Source: Acidobacteriota bacterium (GTDB taxonomy: Bacteria > Acidobacteriota > UBA6911 > RPQK01 > JAJDTT01). Taken from it: 64,000 nucleotides of DNA. How positions within the stretch are numbered: position 1 is the stretch's first letter; each line of letters begins with the position of its first letter. Where the stretch lies: positions 2,240,001-2,304,000 of the forward strand of contig OZ242374.1 in the NCBI GenBank assembly GCA_965209055.1, written 5' to 3'. Both the position numbers and the translations under genes were made by a program. The notes below the pieces were generated by a model, which did no database searches, was not told where the DNA came from, and worked only from the letters and a program-made list of their open reading frames with translations. Below are positions 58,744-64,000 of this stretch, in pieces.

Positions 58744-60393
58744 TTGTTGCGAAAGAGAAGGGTTCAATTCGATCGCCGGCGATTCCTTGCCGGCACGGCG
58801 GGCGCCATGGGACCGGCCGTCTTCGGGCGATTGCCGCTCCCTCTGATGGCGAGTCAAAGTGCTCCGCCCCCGGCTCCGGATTGGGACGCCGGCAGGGTGC
58901 GCCATCTCCTTCCCACGGTCAGCGATTCCCGGATGCTGGTGAAGGTCTCGTTCAACGGTCCGTTGCCGGACACGCCCAAGCTGCGCATCGGATCTGCCGA
59001 GTTTGCGGGCCGGATGAACGACACGGCAGGCGTTTTCTGGCAGTTCTACGCCATCGGTCTCGAGCCGAATACTCCGTATTCCCTCTCCCTTGCAGGTGGT
59101 GACGGACGGGCGCTGTGCGAACCGTGGAAGCTTTCGACATTTCCGGCGCCCCATACCCTCCCCGAGCGGTTCCGGCTGCTCTTTTTCACCTGTGCGGGCG
59201 GTCCGGGCGGGACCTATTCGGGGATCGGCAAACGGAGCGGGTTTCTCCCCGCCGCCATCCGCAATCGGCTGCTTCGGCGGGCGTTGTCTCTGCGGCCGCA
59301 TGCCGCCGTGGCCAATGGCGACCACATGTATTGGGATCTCCACACCTGGTTGGGGGACGGCGTCGGCGAACTCAGCCCCGGCGGACGGGAGTCCAACTTC
59401 GATTTTTCGGCTTCGCCCTTCGGCGGCAGCAACGAATCGGCGCTGAAGGCGGCGGCCGGGCCGCAGATCGTGCCGGTGTACGGCGTGGACTTCAGGTCGA
59501 CGCCGGTGTTCTTCCTGCAGGACGACCACGACCACTGGGAGAATGACGCGGCCAGCGACGAGCTGGTCAACTTCCCCATTCCCTGGTTCCAGCTCCAGTT
59601 GGCCCGAGCGACCCAGCAGCTCTACTACCCGGAGTTTCTACCCGATGTCCGGCGTCCGGCGGGATTGCCCTGGTCGGAAGTTGGAGACCGCGGCGACCTT
59701 TCCGAGAGCTTCGGGACGATCCGCTACGGGAGGCTCGCCGAGGTTCTGCTCTACGACGTGCGGCGCACGCTGAGTCTGGCGGGACCGACCGCAGTCTTCG
59801 TCGATCGTCAGGTTGAGCAATGGTTGCTGGAGCGCACCGGCTCCAACGAAGTGCGGCATCTGGTCCACGCTCCCTCGAACCCCTTCGGGTGGAGTGCGGG
59901 CAAATGGGGAGAATGGTATCCGGACGTGCTGGACTGGGAGGCGGGCGCCCTGACGACGGCGGTTCCGAAACCCTATTGGCAGTCGGGATGGCTCAAGCAA
60001 CACGACCGGTTGGTCAGGGCGATCGCCGCCCAACCCTCGCGGGTTCCCCTGGTGGTCAGTGGAGACCTCCATGCCATCGGCGTGGGGCGGATGCATCGCG
60101 CCGGGAAATTCGAGCTGAAGGACAATCCGTTGACCGCGGTCCTGAGCGGCCCCATCGGCACTTCGATCCGAGGCTTTCCGTCGGTCGTCCGCGGCATTGG
60201 CGCCACACCGCCGGCACACCTGGACCTGGAGGAGACAGTCCCGCCGGTGGAGGAGCACGGTTTCACACTGGCGGACTTTCTGGGCGACCGGATCGTGCTG
60301 CGGCAGTACAAGTGGGACGTGAACAGTCAGCCCCTCGATGCCATCGACAGCCTGGAGCCGTTCCGGACCACGGAGCTGGGCGCCGGGAGCTGA
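58744..60393 (+). CDS. Tat-exported PhoD-like metallophosphoesterase
   Basis: DRRRFL; NGDHMY, DDHDHWEND, YDVRR, SGDLH. Confidence 0.78.
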   Translation: MLRKRRVQFDRRRFLAGTAGAMGPAVFGRLPLPLMASQSAPPPAPDWDAGRVRHLLPTVSDSRMLVKVSFNGPLPDTPKLRIGSAEFAGRMNDTAGVFWQFYAIGLEPNTPYSLSLAGGDGRALCEPWKLSTFPAPHTLPERFRLLFFTCAGGPGGTYSGIGKRSGFLPAAIRNRLLRRALSLRPHAAVANGDHMYWDLHTWLGDGVGELSPGGRESNFDFSASPFGGSNESALKAAAGPQIVPVYGVDFRSTPVFFLQDDHDHWENDAASDELVNFPIPWFQLQLARATQQLYYPEFLPDVRRPAGLPWSEVGDRGDLSESFGTIRYGRLAEVLLYDVRRTLSLAGPTAVFVDRQVEQWLLERTGSNEVRHLVHAPSNPFGWSAGKWGEWYPDVLDWEAGALTTAVPKPYWQSGWLKQHDRLVRAIAAQPSRVPLVVSGDLHAIGVGRMHRAGKFELKDNPLTAVLSGPIGTSIRGFPSVVRGIGATPPAHLDLEETVPPVEEHGFTLADFLGDRIVLRQYKWDVNSQPLDAIDSLEPFRTTELGAGS

Positions 60394-60478
60394 CGCACAG
60401 CGGCAGAGGCGGTGTTCCGCCAACACGCTTTTCCCCTATTGGGCGGGGAACATCCGGGTCCCCGTCTTCATCGCCAAC

Positions 60479-61510
60479 CTACCAGTGGACCCGGAACTTG
60501 AGGATCTGGTGTCCCGCCTGAATGAAGACCAGCCCCTCGTCCGCCCGGCTGACGGCCACGGCGTGGTGGCGGCCTCCCAAGTGGTCGAACAGCCCCTCGG
60601 CGTCGTCTGCCGTGATGGTGGCCAGGAGATCTCCGTTCCGGCTCAGAATCCACAAGAACCGATGCTGAGGGCCGACGGGAACCACCGGGCCGATTCCGCC
60701 GACGTCGGGGGGACAGTGGAAACCGGCGGCGTAGATGTTCTCCCGGCTGTCGACGCAGATTTGGCGAGGCTGAAAAATCACGCCGTCGCCGATGGATCTT
60801 TGGAAGTTTCCCTGGAGGTCGAACACCTGGATGCGGTTGTTCTCGGTATCGGAGGCATAGAGGTCACCGCTGGCGGGGCCCACCGCCAAGCCGTACGGAC
60901 CCTCGGGAGAGGTGGCGCCGCGGCCGATCTCGTGTCCGTAGCGGCCCCTCAACGGTGATCTTCCGGCGAATCGGCCGGGTCTCTCGCCATGTCCGCCGAA
61001 CGCCGCCACGAAACGGCCGCGATGATCGAACTTTTGAATCCGGTTGTTTCCGCCCAGATAGGTGTGGGTGTCGCTGACGTAGATGTGTCCGTCGGCGTCG
61101 AAGGCCAGACCGTTGGGACCGGCGCCGCCGAACTGACCTGGACCGTTGCCGTAGCTGCCGAACATCATCCGGAAGGATCCGCCGGAATCGAATTTCTGCA
61201 CCCGGTTGTTCCAGGAGTCGCCGATGAAGAGGTTGTCGTCCGCATCGACTCCGATCCCCCGGAACATGAAGAACTGCCCCGGTGCGGTGCCGTGTCGGGG
61301 CCTCCCGTCCGATCCGACGGCTCCCAGCGACCACAACGGTTCACCGTCCGGGCTGATCCGCTGAACGCGATGGTTGGTTTCGTCGGCGACCAGGATCCGG
61401 CCGCGGCTGTCGGACGCGAGCCCTTCGGGATTGTGGAACTGACCCGGCAAGCGGCCGCCCTGCTTGGGTCCGAAGGCGTTCAGGAGCTCGATTCCTGGGC
61501 CCGTCACCAT
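60479..61510 (-). CDS. NHL repeat protein
   Basis: PGQF-P-G[IL]A-D...V-D--N-R[VI]Q-F repeats. Confidence 0.9.
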   Translation of the reverse strand: MVTGPGIELLNAFGPKQGGRLPGQFHNPEGLASDSRGRILVADETNHRVQRISPDGEPLWSLGAVGSDGRPRHGTAPGQFFMFRGIGVDADDNLFIGDSWNNRVQKFDSGGSFRMMFGSYGNGPGQFGGAGPNGLAFDADGHIYVSDTHTYLGGNNRIQKFDHRGRFVAAFGGHGERPGRFAGRSPLRGRYGHEIGRGATSPEGPYGLAVGPASGDLYASDTENNRIQVFDLQGNFQRSIGDGVIFQPRQICVDSRENIYAAGFHCPPDVGGIGPVVPVGPQHRFLWILSRNGDLLATITADDAEGLFDHLGGRHHAVAVSRADEGLVFIQAGHQILKFRVHW

Positions 61511-62592
61511 TCCACCCGGTAGCTGAAGATCAGATGATCGCCCTGCACGTAGACGATGCTCTCATCCAACCGGTCCACCGCCAGACCGTATCCGTGCGCG
61601 TGCAGGCCGGCGCCGTAACGGTGCCGCATCTGGTCGTGGGTCTCGGTCAGGCCGATCCTGCCCAGAGGAGTCCCATAGGCCGAGAACACCGATACCCAGC
61701 GGGCTTCGGCCTCCAACCTCCATTGGCCGGGACGGTTCAGGTCGTGGACCGCCATCGGCGGTTCGTGCAGGTGGACTCCCGAGACGTAGACCCGCCCGCT
61801 GCCGTCCACCGCCACTTGGCGCGGTCGAAAGATCTCGCCGGCGCCGATATGAACGGGAGGAACGGTGGGTCCCCGGAATCCGATCACCCGATCGTTGTCG
61901 CAGTCGGCAACGTAGACCATACCGCCTCGGAGGTGCTCTTCCGCCAGGTGGCCGGCTTGGGTGTTGACGGCGATGCCGGCGGGTCCGATGGGACCCGGAC
62001 CGATTCCGGGCCCGTGATCGAAGCCGTACTGGCGAATGGGAGCCGCGCCGGCGAAATTCCGGGGCCCGGCGCCGTAGCTACCGAAGTGCTCCAGGTAATC
62101 TCCGGCGGGAGTGAAGATCTGGACCCTGTGGTTGCCGCCTTCGGCGGTATGGCTGTCGCTGACCAGCACCCGGCCCTGCTCGTCGACGGCGATCCCCAGA
62201 GGTCCGTCTCCACCGAATTGTCCCGGCGCGTTTCCCCAGCTCCCGAACAGAGTCAGCAGGCCGCCCTCCGGCGAGAATTTCTGGACCCGGCAGTTCCGGC
62301 TGTCGGCGACGTAGACGTTGTTCCGGGGGTCCACCGCGATGGCTTGGGGACTGTCGAATTCCGACTGGGCCGTGCCGCGCCGGGGCCTCCCGGACGAGTC
62401 CTGTGCGCCGACGGACCAGAGCCGGCGGCCGTCCCGGTTCAGCTTCACGATCCGGTGATTACCGGTGTCGGCGACCAGGAGGTTCCCTTCATGGTCCGAA
62501 GCCAGGGCTGACGGGTTTCGGAATGCCGACTCGCCATGACCACCGTCATGGATACCCCAGGTTGCCAGAAGAATGACCTTGGGCCTATCCAC
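61504..62592 (-). CDS. NHL repeat protein (paralog of 60479-61510)
   Basis: Same repeats; 7-nt overlap with downstream paralog. Confidence 0.9.
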   Translation of the reverse strand: MDRPKVILLATWGIHDGGHGESAFRNPSALASDHEGNLLVADTGNHRIVKLNRDGRRLWSVGAQDSSGRPRRGTAQSEFDSPQAIAVDPRNNVYVADSRNCRVQKFSPEGGLLTLFGSWGNAPGQFGGDGPLGIAVDEQGRVLVSDSHTAEGGNHRVQIFTPAGDYLEHFGSYGAGPRNFAGAAPIRQYGFDHGPGIGPGPIGPAGIAVNTQAGHLAEEHLRGGMVYVADCDNDRVIGFRGPTVPPVHIGAGEIFRPRQVAVDGSGRVYVSGVHLHEPPMAVHDLNRPGQWRLEAEARWVSVFSAYGTPLGRIGLTETHDQMRHRYGAGLHAHGYGLAVDRLDESIVYVQGDHLIFSYRVEW

Positions 62593-62678
62593 GCCGTTTT
62601 CTCGCGAGTGCGATGAACCTGTTGCCTGAACCGGCTCCAGGCCACCGAGTCGTTACTCCGTCTCCATCACGACCCTGG

Positions 62679-62912
62679 TCAGTAATTCCTGTTGTGACAC
62701 AGAGAAAGTCGATTCAGATAGAGTTGCTGAAATTCTTCTTCGGACAGATCGGGAAACCTGCGACGTAAACCGTCACGAAAAAGTCGCCGGACATTGTCGG
62801 AGAGTTCAAACGCCTTGGCCAGCCGCTGCCGGGCGGTCATACGGCGCAAAACGGCCAAGTAGATCCTGTGATCAGGCTGTGGTTTCAAAGCCACCGGCGC
62901 CGAGTCTAGCAC
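62679..62912 (-). CDS. Small hypothetical protein of the type found next to nucleotidyltransferases (orphan)
   Basis: LRRMT--QRL--AFELS...GLRRRFPDLSEEE motif; lower GC. Confidence 0.6.
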   Translation of the reverse strand: MLDSAPVALKPQPDHRIYLAVLRRMTARQRLAKAFELSDNVRRLFRDGLRRRFPDLSEEEFQQLYLNRLSLCHNRNY

Positions 62913-63131
62913 AGCGAAACCAGGGCCATACGAATATCGAATTCAAGTGGGGCAGGGAGGGATGCCGCCGTTTTGTTGGTGCCGGGAGTTGGAGTCGGCA
63001 ACTGGATCGGATGAGATTTCACTGTACTATACGGAACGGTCAAGTTCGAGGGAACGGAAACCTTGGGAGATGCACCTTGTGTCGCGATACCCATCGTCGG
63101 AGCTTCGGGTGCCGGGAACTGGAGAAACGCC

Positions 63132-64000
63132 ATGCCTATTCTGATTTGCATCGTGGCCTTCTTGCTGATGCCGCTTTCGGCATTCGCCTCGGACCACAAC
63201 ACCCTCACCTCGGAGGAGGCCGCGGCGGGATGGATCCTGCTCTGGGACGGCAAGACCGAGTACGGCTGGGAATGGCATGGGGACGCCCGCTGGAAGGTGG
63301 ACGACGGAGTGCTCCGATCCGACGGCGGCGGGTATGGGTGGCTGGGCACGACCAGCATGTTCGGCGACTTCGAGCTCAGCCTGGAATTTCGCACCGCGGA
63401 GGACGGGAACAGCGGCATCTTTCTCCGCTCCGCCCGCAGGGGGCCGCCCCACGAGACCGGGTACGAACTCCAGGTCTACAACCGGCAGCCGCAGGGCTAC
63501 AACACCGGCAGCCTGGTCTTCTATGTGAATGCGGAGCCCGCCCGGTTCGAGGGTGGCCAGTGGAACCGGTACGAGGTTCGCGCCGTGGGGAGCCGTTTCG
63601 TCGTGAAGCTCAACGGGAAGCAGGTGCTGGACGCCAATGACTCGTCGCATGCCGTGGGCGTGATCGGGCTGCAGTACAACGTGGACAAGCCCATCGAGTA
63701 TCGCAATATCAAGCTCAAGCCGCTGGGGTTGAGCCCGCTCTTCAATGGACAGGATCTGAGCGGTTGGCGGAAGGTCGATCGCCCCAACCGGGACGACGTG
63801 CATGAATGGTCGGTGCGGGAAGGGACCCTCCACGTGGAGAAGGGCGCCGGCCAACTGGAGACCGAGAAGGAGTTCAAGAACCTGGTGCTGCAACTGGCGA
63901 TCCGGACCAACCCGCCCCACGCCGGCCACCATCCCAACAGCGGCGTCTTCTTCCGGGGGGAGAAGGGGGTCTTCTGGAGCGGGTACGAGTCCCAGATCCG
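63132..64000 (+). CDS. Secreted tandem DUF1080 (3-keto-disaccharide hydrolase) protein, 3'-truncated
   Basis: GGAG RBS; MPILICIV signal, NTLT-EE-AAGW-LL-DG, GDFEL-LEF, NSGIF, YELQV; second domain LFNG-DL-GW, NSGVF (absent from ORF track because no stop in window). Confidence 0.92.
   Translation, partial: MPILICIVAFLLMPLSAFASDHNTLTSEEAAAGWILLWDGKTEYGWEWHGDARWKVDDGVLRSDGGGYGWLGTTSMFGDFELSLEFRTAEDGNSGIFLRSARRGPPHETGYELQVYNRQPQGYNTGSLVFYVNAEPARFEGGQWNRYEVRAVGSRFVVKLNGKQVLDANDSSHAVGVIGLQYNVDKPIEYRNIKLKPLGLSPLFNGQDLSGWRKVDRPNRDDVHEWSVREGTLHVEKGAGQLETEKEFKNLVLQLAIRTNPPHAGHHPNSGVFFRGEKGVFWSGYESQI

Overview
GC-rich bacterial chromosomal segment. The gene repertoire (DUF1592/DUF1552/ankyrin module, DUF1080, FecR-DUF6600, many Tat-signal enzymes, NHL repeats) resembles Acidobacteriota, possibly a host-associated lineage; this assignment is inference only. 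The window holds about 55 CDSs, mostly exported carbohydrate/sugar-acid catabolic enzymes, a sixA-CHAD-ppk1 polyphosphate locus, divergent tRNA-Leu(TAG) and tRNA-Pro(TGG), and several intact or decayed toxin-antitoxin-like cassettes. No CRISPR array, rRNA, prophage or intact IS was seen. Most notable: (1) a tandemly duplicated self-contained unit made of a conserved ECF-sigma-type promoter (TGAACC-N16-CGTCTG), a secreted FecR-DUF6600 protein with a very long Arg/Ser-rich disordered tail, and a shared terminator; (2) a coupled operon of exported FMN alpha-hydroxy-acid oxidase, beta-propeller protein and tetraheme cytochrome c, followed by a PhoD-like protein; (3) repeated N-terminal export signals on normally cytoplasmic enzymes; (4) a HEPN/MNT pair apparently left inside a deleted type I R-M locus. 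All family assignments come from motif recognition by eye, not database searches.
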